A stretch of 64,000 bases of DNA. Source: an uncultured Gemmatimonadales bacterium. Its GTDB lineage: Bacteria; Gemmatimonadota; Gemmatimonadetes; Gemmatimonadales; GWC2-71-9. The first letter of the stretch is position 1, and every line of letters starts with the position of its first letter. Below the pieces are notes generated by a model. The model made no database searches, was not told where the DNA came from, and saw only the letters and a list, made by a program, of their open reading frames with translations. The stretch lies in contig CAVUAK010000001.1 in NCBI GenBank assembly GCA_963739455.1, positions 1,472,001-1,536,000 of the forward strand, written 5' to 3'. Positions 32,005-41,998 of the stretch are shown piece after piece. Position numbers and translations under genes: made by a program.

Positions 32005-33101
32005 AGCACCACCATGGCGTCACCGTAGGAGTAGAAGCGATACCGCTCAGCCACCGCATGCCGATACGCATCCATCGTCCGCTCATGGCCGGCAAATGCC
32101 GACACCAGCATCAGCAGCGTGGAGCGGGGCAGGTGAAAGTTCGTGATGAGATGATCCACGACCCGGAACCGGTAGCCCGGGGTGACGAACAGCGCCGTCT
32201 CGGAGATGCCCTCGCGCAGTGCCCCGCGCTCATCCGCCGCACTCTCGAGCGCGCGCACCACCGTCGTCCCCACTGCCCACACCCTCCCACCCGCCGCGCG
32301 CGTCTCCGCAACCGCCCGCACCAGTGACGCCGGTACCTCATACCGCTCGGCGTGCATCACGTGCGCACTCAGGTCGTCCGACTCTACCGGCTTGAATGTT
32401 CCCGGCCCCACCTCGAGGTCGAGATCGGCGATCTGCACTCCGCCCTCCGCGAGACGATCCAGCAGCGCACCGGTAAAGTGCAGCCCCGCCGTCGGCGCCG
32501 CGACCGATCCCTCGCGGCGCGCGTACACCGTCTGGTAGCGCTCCTCGTCCACGTCGCCCGGCGCATGCGTGATGTACGGCGGCAGCGGCAGCTGTCCATA
32601 CCGCTTGATCGCCTCCTCCGCAGTGGCGCCCACGAACCGCACGACGCGATTGCCGTCCTCCAGCACCTCCAGCGTCTCCACGAATACGTCGGCCGCGAGC
32701 GTAATACGCTTCCCCGGCCGCATGGCGCTTCCCGGGCGCCCCATCGCGATCCAGGTGTCGCCGGTGCCCGGATGAATGAGCAGCACTTCGGCCTCGCCAC
32801 CCGATGGGCGGGTGCCGAGCAGTCGCGCGTGACGCACACGTGTCGAGTTGAGGACCAGCAGATCCCCGGGAGGGATCAAGTTGAGAAGATCCGAAAACCG
32901 GCCATCCTGCAGCGATGCGTCTACCGTCGTCCCCGCCCATCCCGCCCTTCCCGCCCTTCCCGCCCTTCCCGCCCTCCCCGCCCTCCCCGCCATCACAAGC
33001 AGTCGACTCTCACCCCTCACCCCAACCGGCTCCTGCGCAATCAGCTCAGCCGGCAGTTCGTAGTCGAAGTCGGACAGCACCAGCGCACGATCAGCCACCA
33101 A
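32001..33101 (-). CDS. queA: SAM:tRNA ribosyltransferase-isomerase
   Basis: [52 protein letters not shown]. Confidence 0.97.
   Translation of the reverse strand: MVADRALVLSDFDYELPAELIAQEPVGVRGESRLLVMAGRAGRAGRAGRAGRAGWAGTTVDASLQDGRFSDLLNLIPPGDLLVLNSTRVRHARLLGTRPSGGEAEVLLIHPGTGDTWIAMGRPGSAMRPGKRITLAADVFVETLEVLEDGNRVVRFVGATAEEAIKRYGQLPLPPYITHAPGDVDEERYQTVYARREGSVAAPTAGLHFTGALLDRLAEGGVQIADLDLEVGPGTFKPVESDDLSAHVMHAERYEVPASLVRAVAETRAAGGRVWAVGTTVVRALESAADERGALREGISETALFVTPGYRFRVVDHLITNFHLPRSTLLMLVSAFAGHERTMDAYRHAVAERYRFYSYGDAMVVL
32932..32991. repeat. 9-nt tandem repeat (CCCGCCCTY)x6+ inside queA
   Basis: Encodes [20 protein letters not shown] in frame. Confidence 0.92.
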
Positions 33102-34123
33102 AGATCGTCGTCTGCTGCGGAGGAGGCGTGAGACCGAACCGCTTGTACGCCAGCGCCGTGGCGCAGCGCCCGCGCTGCGTGCGCTCCAGGAAGCCCTGCT
33201 GGATCAGGTATGGCTCGTAGACATCCTGCAGCGTATCGGGATCCTCGCCCACCGCGACGGCGACGGTGCCCAGCCCTACCGGACCACCGCCGAACTTCTC
33301 GATGATCGTGGTGAGGATCCGCGCGTCCATGTCGTCGAGCCCGAACTCGTCCACGTTGAGCCGGCTCAGCGCTTCATTGGCGACGGGTCCCGTGATCTTC
33401 CCCGCCGCCTTCACCTGCGCGAAGTCGCGCACGCGCCTCAGGAGACGGTTCGCGATTCTCGGCGTCCCTCGGCTCCGTCGCGCGAGCTCGCTGGCGCCCT
33501 CCTCGTCCACCGGCACGTTGAGGATGCTCGCCGATCGCGTGATGATCCGCTGCAGCTCCTCCGCCGAGTAGAACCCGAGCCGCTCGACGATGCCGAACCG
33601 CGCCCGCATCGGTGGTGTCAGCAGGCCGAACCGCGTCGTTGCCCCGATCAGCGTGAACCGCTCCAGCGTCATCGGGATCGTCTGCGCATTCGGCCCGTCG
33701 CTGATCCGCACGTCCACCCGGAAGTCTTCCATCGCCGGGTAGAGAAATTCCTCCAGCACCGGCTTGAGCCGGTGAATCTCGTCGATGAACAGCATGTCGC
33801 CCGGGGCCAGCCCCGTCAGCAGCCCCACCAGGTCGCCCGGCTTCTCCAGCACCGGCCCCGAGCTCACGCGCAGCTGCACTCCCATCTCGCGCGCCATCAG
33901 CATCGCGAGCGTGGTCTTGCCCAGCCCGGGCGGCCCGAAGAACAGCGTATGGTCGAGGGTATCGCCCCGCTGCTTCGCCGCGTCGATCGCGATCTGCAGG
34001 GAGGACTTGACCTGCTCCTGGCCTACGAACTCGTCCAGCCGCGAGGGCCGGAGCGCCGCATCGGCCGCCGGTTCATCCGGCAGCACATCGGGAGTCGTAA
34101 CCTGAAGGTCGCGGGGAGGTCAC
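33091..34123 (-). CDS. ruvB: Holliday junction branch migration ATPase (start uncertain, probable indel near 34115)
   Basis: [47 protein letters not shown]. Confidence 0.95.
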
Positions 34124-34294
34124 CGCTGGCCGCGCCTCCCATCGGACCGGCGTCTCGCCCGGCTGGAGCTCATGCTTCGCACCGCACGTGACGCACCGGT
34201 CTCGTACCCGCGTCGTGTCGGCCGCCACCAGTTTCCGGTTGGTCGACCCGCAACGCGTGCAGAGCCATTCGGCGGTCACTGCGGCTACCGGCAT
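34073..34294 (-). CDS. Small zinc-ribbon protein (CxxC...CxxC) between ruvA and ruvB
   Basis: GGAG upstream. [10 protein letters not shown]...[10 protein letters not shown]. 3' end uncertain. Confidence 0.65.
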   Translation of the reverse strand: MPVAAVTAEWLCTRCGSTNRKLVAADTTRVRDRCVTCGAKHELQPGETPVRWEARPAVTSPRPSGYDSRCAAG

Positions 34295-34333
34295 GAATCA
34301 AGTCTCCCTGTTCCCTGTTTCCGCTCCTCGAAC

Positions 34334-34923
34334 CTACCGCACCGCCAGCAGCTTGAGCGCTCCCCGGATCAGCGATGCCGCGTCATCCGGTCCGCTCGCC
34401 AGCGCCGACTGCACCGCCTTGTCCGCCTGCGCCGATGCATACCCCAGCGCCACCAGAGCGCGCACCGCTTCCTCTGCCGGCCCGAGCGTCGCCACTGGAG
34501 ACGGCGACACCGCGATGTCGTCCAGCTTGTCCTGCAGCTCCAGCACCAGCCGCTCCGCCTTCTTCTTGCCGATGCCCGGCACGCTGCTCAGCGCCGCGAG
34601 GTCCTTCCCCTTGATCGATCGCACCGTCCGGTCGCCGCCGAGCGCCGAGATGAGCGCCAGCGCCAGCCGTGGGCCGAAGCCGCTCGCACCGAGCAGCTTC
34701 TGGAACACCTCGCGCTCCGTCGGTCGGTCGAACCCGTACAGCGACCACCCATCCTCGCGCACCACCAGCTCGGTGTGGAGACTGATCCTCGTGCCGTTCT
34801 GCGGAAGGCGCTCCAGCACGCCCAGCGGCACGCGCACTTCGTATCCAACCCCGCCATCGGTCGCGAGAACAATCGTCTCGCCGCTTCTCGCCACGCAGAA
34901 CCCCCGTCACACTGCGCGATCAT
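34334..34923 (-). CDS. ruvA: Holliday junction branch migration protein, frameshift near the N-terminus
   Basis: GGVGYEV, VRED..LYGF, SGFGPRLAL, VPGIGKKKAERLVLEL, ALVALGY. Confidence 0.95.
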
Positions 34924-35480
34924 CCGTTGCCCGCCTTCCCCGCCATTCCCGCCCTCCCCGCCTTCCCCGCCTTCCCCGTCGCCAGCGCTAGCGCCCTGTT
35001 GTTGCGCGTACCGCGCAGCAACAGGTGCGTCAGCGCAATGGCAACTCCATCCGCCGCATCCGCCGGGCTCGGCGCCGTCTTCAGCCGCAGCAGCTGCGTC
35101 ACCATGTACGCCACCTGCGGCTTGAGCGCGCTCCCCGTGCCCACCACCGTCTTCTTCACCAGTCGCGGCGCATACTCCGCGATCGTCACCTGCGCCGTCT
35201 CTGCCGCCAGCAGGATCACCCCGCGCGCATGACTCAGCACCGCCATCGTGTGCACGTTCTTCGAGTAGAACGCCGTCTCGACCGCGACGATGTCCGGCTG
35301 GTGACGCGCAATCAACTCGGCGATGCCATCGTGGATGAGGCGGAGACGGGCGGGAAGGGACTCGTCCGACCGCGTGCGCAGGATCCCGCACTCGACCAGG
35401 CGATACGGCTCACGGGGCGAGGCATCCACCACCCCGTAGCCCAGCGTCGCCGTGCCCGGGTCGACGCCGAGGACGCGCAA
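34920..35480 (-). CDS. ruvC: Crossover junction endodeoxyribonuclease
   Basis: VLGVDPG, VAVETAF, HARGVI, VKKTVVGTG, DAADGVAIALTH. Confidence 0.96.
   Translation of the reverse strand: MRVLGVDPGTATLGYGVVDASPREPYRLVECGILRTRSDESLPARLRLIHDGIAELIARHQPDIVAVETAFYSKNVHTMAVLSHARGVILLAAETAQVTIAEYAPRLVKKTVVGTGSALKPQVAYMVTQLLRLKTAPSPADAADGVAIALTHLLLRGTRNNRALALATGKAGKAGRAGMAGKAGNG
34930..34980. repeat. 9-nt tandem repeat forming the RuvC C-terminal tail
   Basis: cccgccttc/cccgccatt/cccgccctc x5, encoding GKAGKAGRAGMAGKAG. Confidence 0.85.
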
Positions 35481-35490
35481 GCCGGGGATC

Positions 35491-36241
35491 TCAGGCCTCG
35501 GCGGCCGCGAGCTGCGACGCGTCGATGTCGAAGTTGGAAAAGACCTTGGAGACGTCGTCCAGCTCCTCCAGGACCTCCATCAGCTTCAGCAACCGCTCGG
35601 CGTCGGCACCTTCCACCTTCACCGTGTTCTTGGGCACCTGCGCCAGTTCCGCCGATTCGCTCCCGAACCCGCGTCGCCTTGAGCGCATCGATCAGCGCAT
35701 GCACCGTGAACGGCGACGTGGAGACGACATACTGGTCGCCCTCGCGCGCAAAATCCTCGGCGCCGGCGTCGAGCGCTGCTTCGAGTGCCTTGTCCTCGTC
35801 GAATTTCGTCGCGTCGATGTAGATCAGCCCCTTGTGATCGAACATCCACGCCACCGATCCGCTCGCACCCAGGTTCCCATGGTTGCGGCTGAACGCATGA
35901 CGCACCTCGGCGACAGTCCGATTCGGGTTGTCGGTGGTGGCTTCGATCAGGATGGCAGCACCGCCGGGGCCGTAGCCCTCGTACGTCAACTCCAGGTACT
36001 GCGCCCCCTCGAGCTCGCCGGTGCCCTTCTTGATGGCGCGCTCGATGTTTTCCTTCGGCATGTTGACCGCGCGCGCGCCGTCCATGGCCAGGCGCAGCCG
36101 CGGGTTACCGTCGGGGTCGCCGCCGCCCGCTCGCGCCGCCACGGTGATTTCGCGGATGATCTTGGTCCAGACCGACGCGCGACGCGAGTCGGTGACCGCC
36201 TTCTTCCGCTTGATCTGCTTCCATTTACTGTGGCCAGCCAT
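35491..36241 (-). CDS. yebC: YebC/PmpR family protein, frameshift near 35680
   Basis: MAGHSKWKQIKRKK, YEGYGPGG, TDNPNRT, LEELDDVSKVFSNF. Confidence 0.95.
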
Positions 36242-36321
36242 CGCCACGGACTCCTTGCTCGATTGGAACTGCTGGAATCACGGAAACATAAGCCGGGCCA
36301 CATGTTGCAGCAACGCGAACG

Positions 36322-36350
36322 TTGACCCCGGGCGCCCCTTTGGCTACTCT
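36322..36350 (+). promoter_or_regulatory. Sigma70-type promoter
   Basis: TTGACC-17 nt-TACTCT, 9 nt before ATG 36360. Confidence 0.6.
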
Positions 36351-36359
36351 CCTCGCCCT

Positions 36360-36863
36360 ATGCGACTCCCCAATTTGCTGCTCCCGCTCGGCGCCATCCT
36401 GGCACTTGCCGCTTGCCAGAAAGAGAAGCCGATCGAGGTCCCCAGTGCGCTCGATGTCTTCCCGGCCATCATCATGCCGCCGAATGCCTCGTTTGTCTCC
36501 AAGGCGGGCAGCAAGGAGGCGCTGGCCGTCGTGGTGCGCACCACCCTGCAGCCCGAGGCCGCGGCCAACTTCTACCGCGCCGCGCTGCACCCGCCCGAAT
36601 GGCGCCTCGTCAGCGACTCGAAGGACAACCAGGGCCGCACCATCCTTTACGCCGAGCGCGGCGGACGACCCCTCTGGGTCCGGGTGTACCCCGACTCCGA
36701 GTTCAACGCCACCTTTGTCGAGATGACCGGCGCCGTCGCCAAGCTCCACCCCGATTCCACCAAGGCGCCCACCGATAGCGAAGCCATTGCGGCAGGAGAG
36801 CTTCCGCAGCCGGCGGCCACCTTCAAGCCCATCGCCCCGCCCAGGATGGTGCAGCCGAGATAG
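36360..36863 (+). CDS. Hypothetical lipoprotein
   Basis: MRLPNLLLPLGAILALAAC lipobox. Confidence 0.8.
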   Translation: MRLPNLLLPLGAILALAACQKEKPIEVPSALDVFPAIIMPPNASFVSKAGSKEALAVVVRTTLQPEAAANFYRAALHPPEWRLVSDSKDNQGRTILYAERGGRPLWVRVYPDSEFNATFVEMTGAVAKLHPDSTKAPTDSEAIAAGELPQPAATFKPIAPPRMVQPR

Positions 36864-36976
36864 TCGACAGTCGTGAGTCGACAGTCGTCAGGGAGTCGTC
36901 AGCCCTGAGTTGCTGGTCATGCGGGCCCCTGCCGACTGCGGGCTGACTGCCCACTGCCGACCGCCGACTGTCGACT
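36862..36976. repeat. Palindromic heptamer element 1
   Basis: Terminal 12-bp inverted repeat AGTCGACAGTCG / CGACTGTCGACT, with CAGTCGN units on the left arm and complementary units on the right. Confidence 0.85.
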
Positions 36977-37321
36977 GGCTCTCGCAATCACCTCCCCCGC
37001 CTCCACCCCCAGCGTCTCCCGCACCGGCGCGGTCAGTTGCTGGAGCGCCATCGCCGCCGGGCGCGTCCCCGGGTCTCGCAGTAGCGCCAGCGTCCCCGCC
37101 AGCGCTCGCCGGAGCGGGGGAGACAGGCTCAGCCGCGCCAGCCGCCGTTCCAGTGCCTCGATCCGTCGCCTCTGTGCCCGCTCTGGAAGCGGTGGATCCA
37201 GCCCCTGATCCAGCGCCACCCGCGCCGTCAGCCAGACGGCAAACAGCCCCTCCCGCCGCGGTCCCCGCGCCGACAAGGCCAGTAGCTCCAGCAGTGGATC
37301 GGCGTCATTTGAAGTGAGCAT
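36917..37321 (-). CDS. Hypothetical protein, 134 aa
   Basis: ORF with G/C-ending codons. C-terminus is repeat-derived (RQSAVGSGQSARSRQ). Confidence 0.6.
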   Translation of the reverse strand: MLTSNDADPLLELLALSARGPRREGLFAVWLTARVALDQGLDPPLPERAQRRRIEALERRLARLSLSPPLRRALAGTLALLRDPGTRPAAMALQQLTAPVRETLGVEAGEVIARASRQSAVGSGQSARSRQGPA

Positions 37322-37322
37322 G

Positions 37323-37442
37323 GCAGTCGTCAGTCGTCAGTCGTCAGCAAGTCGGCAGTCCTCGGCCGTAACACAATCGTCGCCAAGCGCTGGAAGCAGC
37401 TCAAGACTGACCACTCTCTGACGACTGACGACTGACGACTGC
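37323..37442. repeat. Palindromic heptamer element 2
   Basis: Perfect 25-bp inverted repeat 37323-37347 / 37418-37442 built of (CAGTCGT)3. Confidence 0.92.
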
Positions 37443-38423
37443 GTTCACCACCGTCTCCACCAAAATCTCTCTCAGACATCGATGATGCCCGAGAGGGCAG
37501 GCCGCCCCGCCCTGCGCACTGCACGGTCGGCACCCGAGCGCCACCTCCAGTACCGTGGCCGGCGACCGATACGGGAAGAACCCGAACTGCCGCACCGTCG
37601 GCCCGAACAGCGCCACCACCCGCGTTCCCACCGCCGTCGCCAGGTGCATCAGCCCCGTGTCTCCGCTCACCACCACGTGGGACGCGCGAAGTACCGCCGC
37701 CGTCTCCTGCAGGCCCAGCGCACCTGCCGTCGACGCCGCATGCGCCCCGCCCGCCGCCGCGATCAGTGCGCCCTCTTCCCGGAAATCCCCGCCCGTCAGC
37801 ACCGCGACGTCGTAGCCCTGTGCAACCAGTGACGAGCTCAGCCTCTCCCAGTATTCCGTCGGCCATCGCTTGGTAAAGTGTGCCGCGCCCGGCGCGAGCG
37901 CCGCAATCGGTCGGCTGCCGAGCCCCTGCTTCCCGAACCAGGCCACACCACTCGCCGCTGCGGCCGTCCCGATCCCCACCTCCGCCGGCCCGCCGTCAGG
38001 TGTCACGTCCAGGTCCCGCGCCGCCTCGAAGAACCGCTCCGCCTCCGGCACCGAGTCGCCGTACACGTCCCGCTTGGTGTGTACCAGCATCCACCTCGCC
38101 CCTCGCCGCTTGCTGTACCCCCGCCAGTTGCCCGGAACCATCACCCTCAGGAGACGGGTGCGCGTGACGCCATGCAGGTCCAGCAGGTGGGTGAACTCCC
38201 GCGCCCGGAGCCGCGCCGCCAGCTCCCCCAGCGACTCGCTCTTCGGATCGAACGTCATGACGTCGACACCGGCCGGATGATCCGCCACCAGCGGCGCAAA
38301 CGCCGGCCGTGTCAGGTAGACGATCTCCGCCTCCGGGTGCCGGGCCCTGAGTGCCCGCACCAGCGGCGTCGTGAGGATGACGTCGCCCATGGAGCTGAGC
38401 CGGACCAGGAGAATGCGTGTCAT
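37401..38423 (-). CDS. GT9 LPS heptosyltransferase (WaaF-like)
   Basis: ILLVRLSSMGDVILTTP, APGAAHFTKRWP, VSGDTGLMHLA, VALFGPT, CRPC. Confidence 0.92.
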   Translation of the reverse strand: MTRILLVRLSSMGDVILTTPLVRALRARHPEAEIVYLTRPAFAPLVADHPAGVDVMTFDPKSESLGELAARLRAREFTHLLDLHGVTRTRLLRVMVPGNWRGYSKRRGARWMLVHTKRDVYGDSVPEAERFFEAARDLDVTPDGGPAEVGIGTAAAASGVAWFGKQGLGSRPIAALAPGAAHFTKRWPTEYWERLSSSLVAQGYDVAVLTGGDFREEGALIAAAGGAHAASTAGALGLQETAAVLRASHVVVSGDTGLMHLATAVGTRVVALFGPTVRQFGFFPYRSPATVLEVALGCRPCSAQGGAACPLGHHRCLREILVETVVNAVVSRQSSESGQS

Positions 38424-38451
38424 GGAAGGCCGGAACTTACCTTGCGGACTC

Positions 38452-38563
38452 CGCTGTCGCAGTTCCTCCTTACGCCGTCGCAGTTCCTCCTTACGCCGTC
38501 GCAGTTCCTCCTCACGCCGTCGCAGTTCCTCCTCACGCCGTCGCAGTTCCTCCGTCACGCCGT
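38452..38563. repeat. 21-nt tandem repeat x5 between divergent genes
   Basis: CGCCGTCGCAGTTCCTCCTYA, five adjacent copies with no spacers. Confidence 0.93.
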
Positions 38564-38576
38564 TAGCTTTACCCCC

Positions 38577-40142
38577 ATGCCACGCCCGCGCTCGATCCTC
38601 TGGGTCGACGACGAAATCGAGTCCCTCACCTCGCACGTCATGTTCCTCGAGGAGCAGGGCTTTGTCGTCGACACCAGCGCCCATGGTGACGACGCCCTCG
38701 TCATGCTCCAGCGCCAGCCCTACGGCGTCGTGCTCCTCGACGAACAGATGCCCGGCCGGCGCGGTCTCGAGCTCTTCCGCGCCATCCGCAGCATGGACCA
38801 GTCCATGCCCGTCGTCATGGTGACGAAGAGCGAGGAACCCGAGACCTTCAAGGACGCGCTCGGCGCCGAGATCTCCGACTATCTCGTCAAGCCGGTCAAC
38901 CCGCGCCAGATCCTCACCGTCATCACTCGGCTGCTCGAGGGCGACCGCATCAAGCAGCAGCGGCTCTCCCGCGACTTCGCCTCCCGTTTCCGCGAGCTCG
39001 AGGCGCGCCGCGGCGCCGCACTCGGCTGGCGCGAGTGGATCGAGCTCGTCGTCGAGCTGGCTGAATGGGAAGTGCGCCTCGGTCAGGCCGAGGAGCCCGG
39101 CCTGCAGGACGCCCTCCGTACCCTGCAGGAAAGCCTCCGCGCCGATTTCGCGAAGTTTCTGCAGCGCAACTACGCCAACTGGCTCCGCGATGGCCGCAGT
39201 GATCGCCCGCCGCTCTCGGTGGACATCGGCGCCGAGTTCCTGCGGCCCGCGCTCCAGTCTCACGGCAAGGCACTGCTGGTAGTGGTGGACTGTCTCCGGC
39301 TCGACCAGTGGGCCATGATCCGCCCCCTGATCGGTGAGCTCTTCGATATCGAGACGTCGCACTACTTCTCCATCCTCCCCACGGCTACACCCTACGCGCG
39401 GAACGCCATCTTCTCCGGGCTTTTCCCGTCCGAGATCAAGCAGCGCTATCCCAAGTGGTGGGCCGACCAGGACGAGAACAGCCTCAACGCCCACGAGGGA
39501 CAGCTGCTCGTCGAGCAGTTGAAGGACATCTGCGGTACACCGGTGCCGGTGCGTTACGAGAAGGTCTTCAGCGCCCAGGATGGCGAGGCGCTCCTGCGCC
39601 GGCTGCCGGCGCACCTGCAGCAGCCTGGCGTCACGGCTCTGGTCTTCAACTTCATCGACCAGCTCACCCACGGCCGCTCGGAGAACTCGACCCTCTTCGA
39701 GGTGGCGCGTGACGCCCGCGCCATGCGCGCACTCACTCGCACCTGGTTCGAGCGCTCGCCCCTGCTCGATGCCCTGCGCGAGGCGGAGCGTCGTGGCGTC
39801 CCGGTGCTGCTCACCACCGACCACGGCTCCATTCACTGTCACACGCCTGCAACCGTCTTCGCCCGTCGTGATGCGACCAGCAACCTTCGCTACAAGTTCG
39901 GCGACGACCTGCGGGCCCAGGAGGATGACGCCGCCATCGTGGTGGAGGACCTCCTGAGCTTCGGCCTGCCGCCTCGCGCTCCTGGTACCCGGCTCCTGCT
40001 CGCCACCGGCGATCGGTTCTTCGTGTATCCCACCAAGCTGCGCGAGTACCAGGCCCGGTATCGCGGTGCCTTCCTGCACGGTGGTGTGGCACCCGAGGAA
40101 GTCGTCCTCCCGATCGCCCTGCTCCTGCCGAGGCGCGGCTAG
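38577..40142 (+). CDS. PorX-like response regulator with PglZ (alkaline-phosphatase superfamily) domain
   Basis: ILWVDDEI, LLDEQMPG, MVTKSEE, DYLVKP, then VDCLRLDQW, SILPTATPYARNAIFSG, FIDQLTH, TTDHG, FLHGG. Confidence 0.9.
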   Translation: MPRPRSILWVDDEIESLTSHVMFLEEQGFVVDTSAHGDDALVMLQRQPYGVVLLDEQMPGRRGLELFRAIRSMDQSMPVVMVTKSEEPETFKDALGAEISDYLVKPVNPRQILTVITRLLEGDRIKQQRLSRDFASRFRELEARRGAALGWREWIELVVELAEWEVRLGQAEEPGLQDALRTLQESLRADFAKFLQRNYANWLRDGRSDRPPLSVDIGAEFLRPALQSHGKALLVVVDCLRLDQWAMIRPLIGELFDIETSHYFSILPTATPYARNAIFSGLFPSEIKQRYPKWWADQDENSLNAHEGQLLVEQLKDICGTPVPVRYEKVFSAQDGEALLRRLPAHLQQPGVTALVFNFIDQLTHGRSENSTLFEVARDARAMRALTRTWFERSPLLDALREAERRGVPVLLTTDHGSIHCHTPATVFARRDATSNLRYKFGDDLRAQEDDAAIVVEDLLSFGLPPRAPGTRLLLATGDRFFVYPTKLREYQARYRGAFLHGGVAPEEVVLPIALLLPRRG

Positions 40143-40144
40143 CG

Positions 40145-41998
40145 GTGCGCGACGAAACCAGCCGGTTGATGGCGCTCGCCCGCCCGTACCGCGGGCTGAT
40201 GATCGGGGCCCTTCTCTGTTCGTTTACCGCCTCGGCGCTCGACGGCATCACCATCGTGCTCCTGGTGCCGCTGCTCAAGCACCTCTTCGGCACCACCGGC
40301 GCCATGCGCGAAGGGGCGACACCGCTCGAGCGCTGGCTCACCGATACCTTCGCGCCGCTTCTGGCCAATACCACGCCCGGCCAGGCGGTGGCACGCATGG
40401 CGGTGGTGCTGGGCATCGGGCTGCTGCTCAAGAACCTCGCCGACTACGCCGCGTCACAGTTCAACGTCCGCATGCAGGAGGGCCTTGTCGCCACTCTGCG
40501 CCGGAAGCTCTACGACCATCTCCTGCGGCTCGACCTCGGCTTTTTCCATCGCACCCGCACCGGTCTCCTCGTCACCGCCGTCATCAACGAGACCGACCAG
40601 GCCAAGAACATCGTCACCGCGTCCATGGTGACGCTGATCCGCAATGTCTTCCTGCTGGCGACGACGCTCTTCATCCTCGCGAGCATTTCCTTTCGGCTGA
40701 CCCTGTTGAGCCTCGTCGTGGTGCCGCCGCTGGTGCTGGTGCTGCGCACCATCACACGGCGCATCCGCCGGCACTCCCGCGCCCGCGCCGATGAGCGGGG
40801 CGAGCTCGCGGCACTCGCCACGGAACGCCTCGCCGGCATCCGGCTCGTGCGTACCTCCGATGCCGCTCCCGAAGAGCAAGCGCTCTTCTCCGATGCCGTC
40901 GAGCGCTACCGCAAGCGCGTGGTTCGCACCAACCGCTTTTCCGCCCTCACCGCGCCCATCACCGAGACGGTCGCCGCCATTCTCGTCATGCTCGTCGTGT
41001 ATGCCGGCACCAATCCCCGCATCCTGGGCCTCTCGGCGCCGCTGGCTCCCGAGGTCATCATCGTCTTCCTCCTCTCGACGCTGCGGCTCACCTCGCCCAT
41101 CAAGGCCATTTCCCAGTTCCCGGCCAACTGGGCGCAAGGCATGGCCAGCGTGGAGAAGGTGTTCTCGCTCCTCGATGAGCCGGTGCTGGAGCCGGACGGC
41201 GGGCCCACGCGTCAGGCGACGTTCACGAAGGACCTCGTCTACGACAACGTGAGCTTCGAGTACGACACCGGCACGCGGGTGCTGCACGACATCTCTTTCC
41301 GCGTCACCCCGGGCCGCATGGTCGCCCTCGTGGGACCGTCCGGGGCAGGGAAGAGCACCCTGGTCGATCTCCTGCCGCGCCTCCGCGAGCCCACGGTGGG
41401 TCGCGTCCTGCTCGACGGCGTGCCGCTCACCGATGTGAGCCGTGCCTCGCTGCGCCGGCTGCTCGGTGTGGTGAGCCAGGACACCGTGCTCTTTCACGAG
41501 AGCATTCACGCCAACATTGCCTACGGCGTGCCCGGTGCCACTCGCGCCGACGTCGAGCGCGCCGCCGAGGCGGCCAACGCGCACGAGTTCGTGGCGCGGC
41601 TGCCGCAGGGCTACGACACCATCATGGGAGAGCGCGGCATGCGCATCTCCGGCGGACAGCGCCAGCGCATCGCCATCGCGCGCGCCCTGCTGCGCAACGC
41701 CCCGATCCTCATCCTCGATGAGGCCACCAGCGCCCTCGACACCCAGTCCGAGCGCCTGGTGCAGGAGGCGATCGAGCGCCTCATGGCCAACCGGACCGTG
41801 CTCGTCATTGCCCACCGGCTGGCGACAGTGCGTCAGGCTGATGAGATTCTCGTCCTCGACGAGGGCCGCATCATCCAGCGGGGCAGCCATGCCGAGCTGC
41901 TCGCCGCCGGCGGTCTCTATCGTCGCCTGTACGAACTCCAGTTCCGTGATGATGTGGAGCCTGCCATGCCGGTTGCCTCAGGGGAGATGCACGCATGA
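40145..41998 (+). CDS. ABC exporter, fused permease/ATPase (MsbA-like)
   Basis: TM domain plus GPSGAGKST, ISGGQRQRIAIARA, ILDEATSALD. Confidence 0.92.
   Translation: MRDETSRLMALARPYRGLMIGALLCSFTASALDGITIVLLVPLLKHLFGTTGAMREGATPLERWLTDTFAPLLANTTPGQAVARMAVVLGIGLLLKNLADYAASQFNVRMQEGLVATLRRKLYDHLLRLDLGFFHRTRTGLLVTAVINETDQAKNIVTASMVTLIRNVFLLATTLFILASISFRLTLLSLVVVPPLVLVLRTITRRIRRHSRARADERGELAALATERLAGIRLVRTSDAAPEEQALFSDAVERYRKRVVRTNRFSALTAPITETVAAILVMLVVYAGTNPRILGLSAPLAPEVIIVFLLSTLRLTSPIKAISQFPANWAQGMASVEKVFSLLDEPVLEPDGGPTRQATFTKDLVYDNVSFEYDTGTRVLHDISFRVTPGRMVALVGPSGAGKSTLVDLLPRLREPTVGRVLLDGVPLTDVSRASLRRLLGVVSQDTVLFHESIHANIAYGVPGATRADVERAAEAANAHEFVARLPQGYDTIMGERGMRISGGQRQRIAIARALLRNAPILILDEATSALDTQSERLVQEAIERLMANRTVLVIAHRLATVRQADEILVLDEGRIIQRGSHAELLAAGGLYRRLYELQFRDDVEPAMPVASGEMHA

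Noticed and set aside
38452..38563. CRISPR array
   Set aside because: Repeats are directly adjacent with no unique spacers, and no cas genes are present.
38577..40142. BREX defence system (PglZ)
   Set aside because: PglZ is fused to a receiver domain (PorX type), and no BrxC, PglX or BrxL neighbours are present.
37401..40142. Very long overlapping ORFs (892 aa on -, 754 aa on +) and other antisense ORFs in the track
   Set aside because: Shadow frames of GC-rich genes, joined by the stop-free 21-nt repeat. Only the GT9 and PorX-like portions have recognisable motifs.
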